Assembly: GCA_951406725.2 (NCBI GenBank)
Contig: OX597818.1
Coordinates: 2,542,001-2,606,000, forward strand
Length of the DNA stretch: 64,000 nt
Direction of reading: 5' to 3'
DNA from: Octopus vulgaris
Lineage: Eukaryota
Below the pieces are notes generated by a model. The model searched no databases, was not told the origin of the DNA, and saw nothing but the letters and a program-made list of their open reading frames with translations. Shown in pieces: positions 49,935 to 63,593 of this stretch. A program made the position numbers and the translations under genes. The stretch's first letter is position 1, and every line of letters begins with the position of its first letter.

Positions 49935-50163
49935 ATTTCTTTACTACCCGCAAGGGGCTAAACACAGAGGGTACAAACAAGGACAAACGGATTAAGTCGA
50001 TTATATCGACCCCAGTGCGTAACTGGTACTTATTTAATCGACCCCGAAAGGATGAAAGGCAATGTCAACCTTGGCGGAATTTGAACTCAGAACGTAACAG
50101 CAGACGACATACCGCTAAGCATTTCGTCCGGCGTGCTAACGATTCTGCCAGTTTGCTGCCTTT
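49935..50163 (-). mobile_element. Second tRNA-derived SINE family with 24-bp flanking direct repeat
   Basis: head TGGCAGAATCGTTAGCACG...GAGTTCAAATTCC; TATATCATTCCATCCTTAATACCT at 49911-34 and 50164-87; older plus-strand copy at ~49665-49860. Confidence 0.85.
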
Positions 50164-51249
50164 TATATCATTCCATCCTTAATACCTTTCATATCTGTTA
50201 TCATTCTCAATACTCTTTCATATCTGCCATCACACCCCACTTACTATGCCCCACCCCCACCTTATGTACCACTACATATCCTTCCTCACCTCTCCTACAA
50301 CTTGCACATCATTCTCCTACTTTTTGACCTTCCTAAACCACTCCTACATCTCTCATCTCACCCCTCTCTATACTGGTATTTCCCATCAACTGCACCTTGC
50401 TTATCACTACATACATTCCCCACTATTATTTCTAACCATTTATTTACTTACCCCTCACACTCTTATAAAACTTCCCCATCCCACCCTTGATCCACTGACT
50501 ATATCCTCCCTTATATGCACCTTTTTTGTATGTTGTGATGCCCAGATATCCCACCACCATCTGTTTTATTTCCAGCTACTACCACCCACCTAATGTGGGT
50601 GGGGCGGGGCAGTCTTGTATCTTTTCTATAGCAAGACATTTCAGCTTCTCAATACCTGGCATTGGAGCACCACCTCTCCTATACTCTTCTCAAATATCCA
50701 CCACCATTTAGTGGAGGAGGCTTTTTCCTTTTTCCTTCTTCACGCTCTTTTCTTCTCTTGAAAGTTACTTGGTGACCTCACTTATGATCAGTGGTTGGCA
50801 TCATAAAGGATATCCAGTCACAGAAACCATGCCAAAGCTGACAAAGGGGCTCAATGCAACCCTGTGATTTTCCAGAACCAGTCAAGTTGTTCAACCCATA
50901 CCAGCACAGAAAACAGACACTGAATGATGTCAAAGAGATTGCAGTGATAGGCATTAATGGAGAGAGTTATATCAAAGATTAGTGCTGTGAATTAGAAAGA
51001 AAAACAAAACCCAATAAATTTCTACATTTGTATGTACTTTCAGACACTAATTGGGGTAAATTTTATTTGAGAATAATGTTGAAAAACTCAGTTATAAAAT
51101 TAATCGAGCTATACTAGATTAACTAATTAATATCTTGAAGCTGAAAAACTCAATAATGACTAGATGTTCCAATTAAAAAATTTTTCTTGTTTCCATTTAA
51201 GAAAAATGGGTTGCATAAAAAATTTGGTGCTCATATCTTGTTATATTTA

Positions 51250-51592
51250 TGTTCTGAGTCTAACCATTTCTTCATTATTAAAATATATTTTAAGGCATTT
51301 GCCACATACAAAATCTATCTTCTCAGTTAGCCTCCCTTTTGTATTGCTGCACCTCTTGTGTGTCCATAGCTTACACTGGGTACATCTTATGGAGTTTCTA
51401 CCTACACCTTTTCTACAGATCAAGCAGGGACATCTACCTAAAGTTTTGTCTGCCTTCCTACTTATTAAAACTTTGGTTTTAGCTAGGTTGAGTCTAAAGC
51501 CCTTCAATTCTAATCCTTGCTTCCACACCTGAAACTTTACCCCTAGTTCTGATAGTGACTCAGTAATTAGAGCAAGATCATCAGCATAATAA
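51250..51592 (-). mobile_element. RTE LINE fragment
   Basis: YADDLAL...GLELKGFRLNLAKTKV...CPCLICRKGVGRNSIRCTQCKLWTHKRC; same family as 275-1695. Confidence 0.8.
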
Positions 51593-51815
51593 AAAAATAA
51601 TAAGCATGTACCATGAACACAATATCCACACCTCTTGCCACACAAATAAGTAACCAACCAATTCTTAGTCAAAAACACATCAGAGATACATATAGAAAGT
51701 ACAGACAACAGACAAGTTTCCTTGGTTGCAGCTCAACCCTAAGTTAAAGGAATTGTTGACTATGATGAAGAGAGTATTTTTCCTGCCTCTCACATGAAGC
51801 TAATCTTTTCTATTA

Positions 51816-52757
51816 CGAGGGGCGTTCAATAAGTAATGCCCCTGACCCACTTCCCATAGCAGTAGAGCAACGACACTTGGCACAGTTATTAGTCTTTTCC
51901 TACATAGGAACTACCCAGAGTTATGCATTTCTCCCATCGTTTGATACAGCTCTGGAGACCGTTTTTGTAGAAGACCCCAGCTTGGTCCTCCAACCACGAC
52001 ATGACTTCAGAAATCAAGGCTGCATCATCTGGGAAACGCTTTCCTTTCAAAATCAACTTCATGGCTGGGAAGAGGTGAAAATCAGAGGGTGCAAGGGGAG
52101 GAGTTCATAGCTGCACGCCTGTGCTTCTGATCTGGTGACCAAAGCCCAGTCAATGCAGTGGAAGCACCGTGACTCACCCCCTCCAAAGAAGGCAAGGGTG
52201 CAGCCCTCCGCTGGCAAGGTCATGCTCACAGTCTTCTGGGACCAGGACGGAGTAGTGATGACAGATTTCCTGGCAAAGGGTACCACAATTGCAGGAGCCT
52301 ATTATGCTTCACTTTTGAGGAAATTAAGAGAAGTTATCAAAATCAAGAGGCGGGGCAAGATCAGCAAAGGCATCCTCCTCCTGCAGGACAACGCTCCGGT
52401 CCACAACTCGCTTGTCGCCAGATCAGAAGCACAGGCGTATGGCTATGAACTCCTCCCCCATCCCCCTACTTTCCTGACCTTGCACCCTCTGATTTTCACC
52501 TCTTCCCAGTCATGAAGTTGTTTTTGAAAGGAAAGCGTTTCCCAGATGATGCAGCCTTGATTTCTGAAGTCACGTTCAGGTTGGAGGACCAAGCTGGGGT
52601 CTTCTACAAAAACGGTCTCCAGAGCTGCATCAAACAATGGGAGAAATGCGTAACTCTGGGTGGTTGCTATGTAGAAAAAGACTAATAACTGTGCCAAGTT
52701 CGTTGCTCTACTGCTATGGGAAGTGGGTCAGGGGCATTACTTATTGAACGCCCCTCG
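51816..52757. mobile_element. Fold-back mariner derivative made of two 3' ends (942 bp)
   Basis: perfect TIRs CGAGGGGCGTTCAATAAGTAATGCCCC with TA flanks; 51816-52136 is the transposase 3' end on minus, 52137-52757 the 3' half on plus; same family as 2516-3808. Confidence 0.92.
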
Positions 52758-52764
52758 TATTTAT

Positions 52765-55700
52765 CGACGGATGTGTTGTCACCTCGGCTCCGAAGGTAAT
52801 CGTTTATTTTGACTATTTATAGCCCATATTTTGTGTACATTTTTGTAAATAAGGTGTGTAAGGCACCCAACTTTCGTTTGAGTGCTTTCCCAAGGGAGGA
52901 ATTCGCCCCTAGGGGCAGTTTCAACCCTATTTAATTTGTGTATTTTTCTTCTTGACATTTTGAAAATGTCGTGAAATGTTATTGTAGAACGCTGGTCACG
53001 TTCCTTTATGGACCAGCATTTTCCTAGTCTGGAAACGCTAGGAGAAAAAAAGAACTTATGCATGCAAAGTGCAAACCTGAATGACGTGGTAGTGAACGCT
53101 GCAACCACTTGCGGTAACAGCCCTGTCACCACCACCACCACCACTAACAACAACAACGAGACTACTACTACTACCACCACCACCTCTACCACCACCACCA
53201 CCATGACCAACATAAATGATAAAAATGAAACTCACGCGAAAACTATTAACAAAAACAACAAGAACAATAAAAAGGAAATAAATATCTTACTATCTAATAG
53301 TGAAGATGTTAATATAAAAGAATCAACAACACCAGTAAATTTCGCTGACACTCTGCATCAGAAAAAAGAAATAGTAAAATTTACGAATGAAGAGTTAATA
53401 GAAACGAGAGCACTCTTTACAACCCAAGGGCAAGATTTAGTGCTGCATACACCTCAACACATAAAGGAAGAAATAGAAAATAAGACAATTATATATAAAA
53501 TTATAAGAAAAAACAAAAAACAAAATGAACAGATTACAAAAACGGACATAGAAAAGTGTTTAAAAAGCATAATGAAAAAAAAGAATATATAAACTGGGGT
53601 CCCCAGTTTAATACAGTGGTGGTCCGCTTCCCTAACCAGGAAGTGGCAAAAGCTCACTACGGAGTCTTTGCAAAATGATGAAATCATTATGGTACCATAT
53701 TACAAAAGCCAGAGAGTGAGTAGAATTAGCATTAAAAATGTACCCCTCAGATACCTAACAAATGGATAACAGGGGCAATCTGTTACCATTTGAAAAAGAT
53801 AAATATATTAGAAACCGCCGTGTACAAAAACGACAATTGGGGTGGTAAAACAATAGTAGTGACCATCCAGATTGAGGGGTCCTCTATTGAGAACCTACCT
53901 GATAGGATCCATTTAGAAAATGGACAAAGCCTATATGTTGTAGCGGAAGGCAAAAAGCCTAGATGCTACAACTGTGGCAGCCCAGAACATTTAATTGCCA
54001 AGTGCGCTCTGGCACAGAAAAAACAAGAAAGAACAAATCAGAAAATAAATAAAAAACCCTTGTTGCCAACACCAACACACTCAGTTATGGAACAATGCCA
54101 AGAAAAACAACAAACCAGCAAACAAACCCCAACAACATCACCAAGAAAAGAAACAGTACCAACACAATCACCGTTGATGTCACAACCAATTCAACATACT
54201 GAACCAAAAGATAGACCAACACCAACACGACAATTAAAAAGACAGAAAACAGTGACAAGAAGACAAATTCTACCCCTAACACCACAACAACACAAACACC
54301 GCACAAAACATCAACAATTTCTACAAGCATACATATTAACGCAAATGCTTTGCCTTTACCCCCTTCAGATTCGTCGGACGACGAAAGTTCGATGGAATGG
54401 CAAATAGCCACAGGGGGTAAAAGGAAAAGATCAAAAAAGCCCACCAAACAAGGAAGTAAAGCAGGGCAATATTTAACTCCGGACAGCATCCCCTTAGACA
54501 ATCAAAAAATCAATGAACCCGCAAAACCACACACACAACTAACTGCAATAGACACAGACAATAAAAAATTAATAGATTACATTGCATCAAACACGGACAT
54601 CTGTGAAGATGACTTTAAGACAAACAATCATCCGTGCACCACACCACCGAAACACATAAGAATTGTACACATAACACAAACACGCTGGTGAGACCCATAT
54701 TGGAGTATGGGATTCAAGCCTCTTCTCCTTATCTCCTCAAAGACATACAGCACCTCGAAAGAGTCCAGAGGCTGGCTACCCGCATGGTTCATGGTCTCAA
54801 AAATTTGTCCTACGAAGAAAGGCTGAGGACGCTCGACCTTTATTCTCTTGAAAAACGCCGCCGCCGTGGTGATCTCATTCTCACCCACAACATCATAAGC
54901 GGGAAGTGTAACCTCTCAAAAGAGCTGTTCTTCACTCCTGCTCCGGAGCGTCAGCTGCGGGGTCATTCCGAAAAGCTCTACCTGCGACGATTTCATCTCA
55001 ATCGAAGGAGAGGAGCTTTCTCCGTCCGGGTTGCGGATCCGTGGAACAAGCTGCCAGACGAGATGGTGAAGATGCCGACGACCGCTTTGTTCAAAGCCTC
55101 CCTGGACCTCAAGTGGCCTGAACTCTTTACATGAACACCACCCTGTACTTAACTCCATGTCCCCCTACATGGCCTTGCTATTTGCTTTTGAGCCAAATTA
55201 ACTAACTAACTAACTAACTAACTAACAACACCATACACTGAAAACAAGATTTCCAAATGCGGTAGGCGGGTTTCAACGATACCTCTCCAAAAAACTATAC
55301 AAACACCTCATCAAAGACACTACAAAAGAAGAAGAAAAAAATGAAACTTTCGAAATGAGTAAGTGACCTTCCCTCTTGCCTCTTGTCTCTTCCAATGTAG
55401 TGTGTGAAACACAATTTTCGTAAACGTCAATTATGCTTAAATTAGGTTGTGTGAATGCGCATGGCTTGGCGTCGGCTTGGAAGCAAGGTTACCTTGTAAA
55501 CAACATCAAGTCACTGAACGTGGATATAGTAGCTATCAGTGAAACCAGACTCAGCAAGCCACGGGCCCTCGTGTCCATGTGTGGCGATCAATTTGACATT
55601 TATTTTTCTCCCTGTCTGCCGAACATGGGTGGTGGAGGTACCGCGGTGCTTTTTCGAGAGAGTCTAAATGTAAAAGTAAGAACAATATTCCTAGACCCGG

Positions 55701-58700
55701 AGGGTAGGCTGGTTGTCTTGGACGTGGATGGCAGAAATGGGTGTGCATTCCGTCTGATGGCAGTTTATGCACCATCCTTAACGGGTCAGGCGGATTTCTT
55801 CAGACGTCTAGAGGTTTTCTTGGGTACGTCTAGAACTTTACTGTTAGTAGGGGATTGGAACGCTACCTTGGACACGTATCTAGATTATGTGGGAATGGAT
55901 AGGAATAGAAGGGGATGTAAGTGCCTCAAAGACCTACTCAGACGTTTCCATTTGTCTGACAGGTTCCGACTCGACCATCCGAACGTGCCAACGTGGACTT
56001 GGACAAACCGTGTCGGATCGTCAAGATCTTATCTAGATAGAATTCTATGCAGAACAGCGGATAGGGATAGTGTAGGATGTCCACAATTTAAAATAGTCAG
56101 CTACACAGATCACAAATTTGTGACGTGTACGCGCGACTTAGATAAGACACATAGACAGGGTCCCGGTTACTGGAAACTGAACATGTCGCTCTTAGCGCGA
56201 CAGGTTTACAGGAACCAGATTAGCGAGTTAATTAAAAGGGCGCTGACGGGAGCCGTCGTTAACAACCGCTGGTGGTATGCCCTGAAAAATGGCAATAAAA
56301 TCGGAATCAATTAGGTTTAGCAAGGAATTAGCGATAGATCGAAATAGAGTAGAGGGAGACCTGGTTAAGAAACTAGAAGAGGCACTTACCACTGGCAGCG
56401 CAACCAACGTGCTGGCTGCGAGGATGGCCCTCGACCAACACCTCAATGCCAAGCACGAAGGTTGCGTCGTCAGAGCTAAAATGCGTGCCTTAAGGAACGA
56501 AGGGATCGAAGCTGCGCGAGAGGCCCGGATAGCGGAGGAGCAGCGTGGCAACAGAGCCATCATTCGGTCTCTAATAGATCAACAGGGATGCAGTTTACTC
56601 GAACCCGAAAGGATGTGTGAGGCCTTTCAACGGCACTTTGCTCGACTGTTTGGTGCGAGTGGTGGGTCGGAACACGGGATGGATTTCAGTGCCTACCTGA
56701 CCAACCTGCCGCGGCTCTCGGCAAGAGAAGCGGAGTGTTGTGAAAGTCCCATCACAGCCGCGGACGTGCAGGATGCAATGGCAGGCTGTGCGAGGGATAA
56801 GTCGCCTGGATTGGATGGTTTACCCTATGAGCTGTATTGTCAAATGCCAGACTTGTTTGGCGACCTGTTGGCATCAGTCTACTGCAACTGGCAACAAAAA
56901 GGGAGAATCCCTGGTTTCGTGAGCCGAGGTGCAGTGACGTTGCTGAAGAAAGATCCAAACAAGGGAAATGTTATAGATAATTTCAGGCCCATCACACTGC
57001 TCAACGCAGATTTGAAAATTTTGGCCAAAGTAATAGCCAAGAGGTTGGCGCTTCTCATTGGTAAACTGGTCGACAGGGCGCAAACATGCGCCGTGCCGGG
57101 GAGAACCATACATGACAACCTCCATCTGATGCGCTACATTGTGGACAGGGTAGTTAAGGATCCTGGCATGGGAGGGGCGCTGATCAATTTGGATCAGTCT
57201 AAAGCCTTCGATAGGGTCGACCATCGGTACTTGGCGGCCGTCCTCAGGGCGGCTGGCTTCGGTCCCATCTTCCGCGGTTGGATCGCTGCCTTGTATAGCG
57301 GCATCCGATCAGTGATTCGGGTGAACGGTCACCTGTCGAAACCGTTTGACATCACGCGTTCGGTCCGTCAGGGGTGTCCCTTGTCGGCGCTTCTGTATGT
57401 ATTGACTCTCGAGCCGCTACTACGGAAGCTGGCAACACTGAGGGGCATCCCACGGGAACTGGGTTGCGGGACAAGCGTGTCGACATATGCGGACGATGTC
57501 ACCGTCATAGTGTCGAGCGACAAACACATCCAGATGATAGGCGAGACACTAAGAAAATACGAAACGGTGACGGGAGCGAAGATTAACCCGGAAAAGTCAG
57601 TGGGTTTGCTACTTGGCACCTGGAGAAGCAAGCCCATGCCATCCGAATGCGGCTCAGTAGTGGGACGCTAGACTGACGGACCGGTTGAATTGCTCAGGGT
57701 CTGGTTCAGTCCGGACCTCCAAATGGATAAGAACTGGGACGAGATCACGAGTAGAGTGGTCGCTCTCAGCCATACATGGGCCAAGAGAAAGCTGTCTCTA
57801 AAAGGCCGGGCGGCGGTGGCGAACGCGTACATCGCATCCGTCATCGATTACCGCCTGACCGTCGTACCTTGTCCCGACGCCACCATCACCAAACTTGAAC
57901 GCATACTCTTCCGCTTCCTGTGCAAGGGTGGCGTTCCGATGGTGAGGAAGTCCATTTGCTGTCAACATCCGTTGAATGGAGGACTGGGCATGCCGTGGTT
58001 GATGATGCGCAGGCATGCGCTGAGACTGCGACATCTCTGGAACTTCATCGACGACGGTGAACAGGTGTGGGCGCCGTTTGTGAGGCGAGCCTTCCCGCAG
58101 CTCGTCTCACTGACCGAACTGCAAACGTGGATCAAGAAGAGACCGAAACTGGGCGATTGGCACCGAGAGTGTCGCCAAGCTCTACAGCAACTCTGCCGAC
58201 CGGGGTCAAACTTGTGCAACTTACAAACGACTAAAGCGTTCTATAGAGGACTAGTGGAGGGGAGGTCCGATGACACACTCGGGGCAAACCTGGGCGTCGA
58301 CGAGAAATTCCTAACCCGCCTGTTCAGGATGACGTTCGGGCCGGTGCCTATGGATAACTTCCAGAAATCCCTGGCTTGGCAGTGCTATCGAGACACACTA
58401 CCTGTTCGAGAGAAGAGCTACAGGCACGGTTCGAAAACCATCACCGGACCGACCTGCCCGAGATGCGGTCAGAGCGACGAAACCGTTCTGCACGCACTCG
58501 TGCAGTGTCCAGATATTTCAGAGCTATGGACCTTCGTCGAACAGCTGTTGTTATGTGTAGGTCGGGCCCGCCTATCGGCCGAGTCTATTGTATATATTGT
58601 TCCACCACCTTCCTTTAAATGGGAAGGGAAAACGGTTTTCGTTACGCTGATGGCTATGGCGAAAGAATGTGTGTGGTGGACGCGTTTGAAAGGACTGCAA

Positions 58701-59170
58701 ACAAACACCTTCCTCTCTGGTCAGTCTCTCGTCAACTTTTTCAAGTACCACTTGAAAATGAGGATGAAAATAGAGAAGAAAGCTTAGTCGACCGAATGTT
58801 TTAATAAAAAGTGGGTAAAAGTGGCAAAAATGGTCAGTATGAAAGACGACACTATTTTAAGCATAAATCTGTAACCAAAAGAGAACGAGAAGTAAGGCGA
58901 CTTACTCATGTGTTCATTTTCGAACTGTCTGAGGTGACCTTGGTCTTTTTTGTAGGTTTTTCTTTCCAAGGCTACACCTAAACTGTGAACTTTATATATA
59001 TATATTGCTTTTTTATACACCACACAACCCACAAATCCCTATTGATCAAACTTTTTTTTTTGTGCCCCACCCATCTCACCTCGAAAAGAAAAAATTCTAC
59101 ATTGTATTTCGTCCATTTTTATTCTGTGTTTAGCCCTGTGTGGCTACAATAAAAAGTTATCTATCTATCT
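52765..59170 (+). mobile_element. Near-full-length Tx1/L1-clade LINE (ORF1 with CCHC knuckle; APE-RT-zf ORF2), (TATC)n end
   Basis: ORF1 pieces 53008-55366 with CYNCGSPEHLIAKC; ORF2 55433-58787 with AISET, GDWN, YLDRIL, TDH, KSPGLDGL, FRPITLLNAD.KI, DQSKAFD, RQGCPLS, YADD, CPRC..ETVLHALVQC; frameshift near 56290 and stop at 57669-71. Confidence 0.93.
54681..55226 (+). mobile_element. 5'-truncated CR1 copy inserted in Tx1 ORF1
   Basis: near-identical to the 3' end of 4137-7247 (LVRPILEYG...LKWPELFT*); (CTAA)n tail; short aacac repeat on both sides. Confidence 0.93.
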
Positions 59171-59801
59171 TATGGCAAAGGAATGTATCTGGTGGACGCG
59201 TCTGAAAGGATTGGAGACAAACACTTTCCTCTCTGGTCAATCTCTAATCAACTTCTTCAAGTACCACTTGAAAAGGAAAGTGAGAGTAGAGAGGCAAGTT
59301 TTGTCTAGTGAATGTTTTAAAAAAAGATGGGTGAATGTAGCAAGGATGGCACGTATGAATGACGAAGCCACCTTGAGCATAATCCTATGAACCCAGAAAT
59401 TGAAAACAGAGGGTTACCCACTTGCAAACAAATGTGGTAACATATAACAATATTGACCGAGGTTACCGTGGTCTTTTTCGTAGGCTTTTCTTCCCAAGGA
59501 TAAACCTTATCTTCTTCCCCCTTTACACCGTACATCATGACACTGTGATACACGATCCCTATTGATCGTTTTTTTTTCCTCTCCCCCTTTTTCCCTCTTT
59601 TTTCTTCCTTTTTTATTTTTATTTTCCTTTATGTTTTCTTTTTCCCCTTTTACGATCCCTTTTGATCGAAAACCTACGCCACTTTTTTTGTTTCTTTTGT
59701 TTTTTTTTGCTTTTTTTTGGTTTTTTTCATCCCACAAAAGAAAAGCTCTACCTTGTAATTTGTCCCATCTGTGTGCAGCCCTGTGTGGCCAATAAAGAAA
59801 C

Positions 59802-59835
<34 letters not shown>
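59171..59835 (+). mobile_element. 5'-truncated second Tx1-family copy directly after the first, ending in (TATC)n
   Basis: MAKECIWWTRLKGLETNTFLSGQSLINFFKYHLK is paralogous to the preceding ORF2 C-terminus; CCCTGTGTGGC..AATAAA then (TATC)n. Confidence 0.9.
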
Positions 59836-61239
59836 CTCTCTCTCTCTCTCTCTCTCACTTACTCACTCTCAAATCAAACCTCAAAACGGTACAGGTTCCA
59901 CCAGGTTTAACCCATTTGTTACCACATTTCTCTTGCTATGCTGTGTTTCAATTAATTTGAAATATAACAAAGAAGTTAGCAAAATAACTTGGTTATCATT
60001 AAGCTAGTGTTAGAAACATAAATTGTGACTATTGTTGGTGGAAGATTTTAATTTAGAGCTTTTGAAAGCAAAACAATTGTACTACAGAGCCAGAAGCAGT
60101 TTCAGGCAGGTTGGTATCAAAAGGGCTAAAGCAAAACTCACATTATATGTCACTGAATCTCAGCATGGTGACCCTAAAACTTCAGTTTTTAAATTGATGG
60201 ACCAAAGCAAAGCAATAATCTATAACAATTACTAAACTTCAGCACACATATACATACAAAAAATATACAAATGCACACACATGAAATACATAGATTCAAA
60301 ACACAAACACACACATACATACCCCACAGTCCATACACACACACACACAAACATGTAGAGAAAGACATATACAAACATAAGTCCATCCAGGTGTTACCAC
60401 CTCATCTATATTGTCCAATGCATCCTTTTGATGTGATCTGCTATTTCTAGAAAATCAAGTGAATTTATAGAGACACCTTCATTATCTCAGGGTTTGTTAT
60501 TGTAGAGATTGACAGTAAAACCTTATTTAAAATCTGCTTATTTTCAAGTAATTGCTCTGTAGTGGCCTGCTCAATTGTTATTAACAAGGGCCCTAATTCC
60601 AGGGCTTAATTAGATATTTAATCACTCAAATTAACACTAATCTCTAATCCTAAAACTAAATAAGGTCAAGACATTTAATTTAGACAAGCCTTAGCGCCAA
60701 TGTTCCAATGAATTTTTAATTATCTTTAATTGCTTTTCTATATATTTGGATCCTCTTAAAATTCCATGCTTCCCAAAATTCACCAATACTACTCCTGGTA
60801 TACATATGATTCCTTTGCTTTTTCTGACTCTTTTAATGTTTACTTTTCTCTATTGTTTGTGTCTTATTGTCTACTGTGCATGCACTTAAAGCTTCCATTG
60901 TCTTTCTTTGCTTGCCTTGTATGTCTGCTTTTTGTCTCCTCTTTTAACCTTTTCTGACAAGTTGTAGAGCACCCTAGCCCTGTTTACAATGAGCTTCTTA
61001 TGTCATTTCTCACATAGTAGTAAGATTTCCTAAAAGCTGTCTGTACCATGGTAATCTACTAAATTCAGCAGTCAGGTACATGAGGTGTCATTAATTAATC
61101 TTTACCAGCTCCCATGTGCAAGGATGTCACAAGAGTTCAGCATATTTTTGCATAAATACAACCACTAATACCTAAAACATTTTGCATTGCTGAGCACCTG
61201 TGTATAAGAATGCAGTCTCTCCTCCCCATTCTCTGTCTC

Positions 61240-61398
61240 CATGTATGTATGCGTGTGTGTATGTATGTATGTTGATAGATACATACATACATACATACAC
61301 ACACATACACACACACATATACACACATACACACACACATATATATACATACATACATACAAATATATACATACATATACATATAAATATATATACAT

Positions 61399-61490
<92 letters not shown>
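61240..61490. repeat. (CA)/(CATA)/(TA)n microsatellite; similar tracts at 10258-10388, 11655-11738, 16147-16366, 17103-17150, 22672-22710, 23423-23470, 24925-25118, 63475-63593
   Basis: direct reading. Confidence 0.95.
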
Positions 61491-61491
<1 letters not shown>

Positions 61492-61534
61492 TATAAGAAA
61501 AAAGGTTTGAAAATGCAATTTAAACGATGTTTAT

Positions 61535-61579
61535 TTACTTAACCGGTTTCACTCTTTGGTAAAAGATTGTCAAAAGTAA
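61535..61579 (-). ncRNA. Minimal type I hammerhead (mirror copy)
   Basis: reverse complement of 63350-63394. Confidence 0.65.
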
Positions 61580-63349
61580 CATTAAAAGTATCATTGAATA
61601 ATATGGGTTCAAAAAAGTTTTTTACATAATTGTCACATTGAATATTATGCATTCAAAAAAGTTTTTTACATAATTGTCACATTGGATATTATGAATTCAA
61701 AAGTGTTTTTTTATACAAAATTGTCACATTACATGTATAAATATAGTGTTTGGTAACAGAGAAGTTCAATAGTGTGATGAGAATATTTGGAAAAATTGGC
61801 AGAAAAGGATAAAACAAATATATTATTGGAAATTTGGTTGCGTTAATTATTGGTTGTCGCAAATTGTCACATTACATGTATATATATACAGTCTTTGGTA
61901 TATATATCCAATATTTTGACAGCAAAAATTAAAATGAATTTTTTATACATCTCAGAATATTTTAAGTTGAAGGCGAGAATGTGTTGTTAAAGGTTGAATT
62001 GAGAGAAAAAAGGTTGTACCCAGTGTGGTGTATACTCCCCTTCAAGCATCAATGGTTTTGGGGTTATCAGGAGGTTAGTATGCCTGCTGGTCAAGCAGCT
62101 TCTGTTTGTCACACACATATATACACACACACACACACACAACACACACACACACACATAGCATACAAACACACACCACATACACACAACACACACACAC
62201 ACACACAGAACACACACACACACACAACGCACCCACATATATAATATATACACACAACACACAAATATAACATGTATTTATATATAATATACACACACAT
62301 ATATATATAACACACATACACACACAACACACACACACACACAACACACGCACACATCCATACATAATATAAATATCCCACAAATACACCTAGCATATAT
62401 ATACACATACAATATACAAATACAGCATGTATATAATACACATACACAATTTATGCATGCAATATACGTACGCAATACATACATATAATATATATATATA
62501 TAGACAATGCATATACATGTATACATATAAATAGTGTTTACATACACATACATAGATATACCACATATACACACAATATACATACATACAATGCATACAT
62601 TGTATATTATATATAAATACATGTTATATTTGTGTGTTGTGTGTATATATTATATATGTGGGTGCGTTGTGTGTGTGGGTGCGTTGTGTGTGTGTGTTGT
62701 TCTGTGTGTGTGTGTGTGTTGTGTGTATGTGGTGTGTGTTTGTATGCTGTGTGTGTGTGTGTTGTTGTGTGTGTGTGTGTGTGTATATATGTGTGTGACA
62801 AACAGAAGCTGCTTGACCAGCAGTCATACTAACCTCCTGATAACCCCAAAACCATTGATGCTTGAAGGGGAGTATACACCACACTGGGTACAACCTTTTT
62901 TCTCTCAATTCAACCTTTCTGCTAAAATAAACAGGTTAGTAACAACACATTCTCGCCTTCAACTTAAAATATTCTGAGATGTATAAAAAATCCATTTTAA
63001 TTTTTGCTGTCAAAATATTGTATATATATACCAAAGACTGTATATATATACATGTAATGTGACAATTTGCGACAACCAATAATTAACGCAACCAAATTTC
63101 CAATAATATATTTGTTTTATCCTTTTCTGCCAATTTTTCCAAATATTCTCATCACACTATTGAACTTCTCTGTTACCAAACACTATATTTATACATGTAA
63201 TGTGACAATTTTGTATAAAAAAACATTTTTGAATTCATAATATCCAATGTGACAATTATGTAAAAAACTTTTTTGAATGCATAATATTCAATGTGACAAT
63301 TATGTAAAAAACTTTTTTGAACCCATATTATTCAATGATACTTTTAATG

Positions 63350-63394
63350 TTACTTTTGACAATCTTTTACCAAAGAGTGAAACCGGTTAAGTAA
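63350..63394 (+). ncRNA. Minimal type I hammerhead (U3-A8 core, U.U at base of stem II)
   Basis: ttactt TTGACAA tcttttaccaaagagt GAAA ccgg TT aagtaa. Confidence 0.65.
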
Positions 63395-63470
63395 ATAAAC
63401 ATCGTTTAAATTGCATTTTCAAACCTTTTTTCTTATATAATCCCACTCGTGCGATACCCCACAACTCAAC

Positions 63471-63593
<123 letters not shown>

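Noticed and set aside
61608-61730. 44-bp periodic repeats resembling a CRISPR array
   Set aside because: Contiguous tandem units with no unique spacers, eukaryotic context, no cas genes
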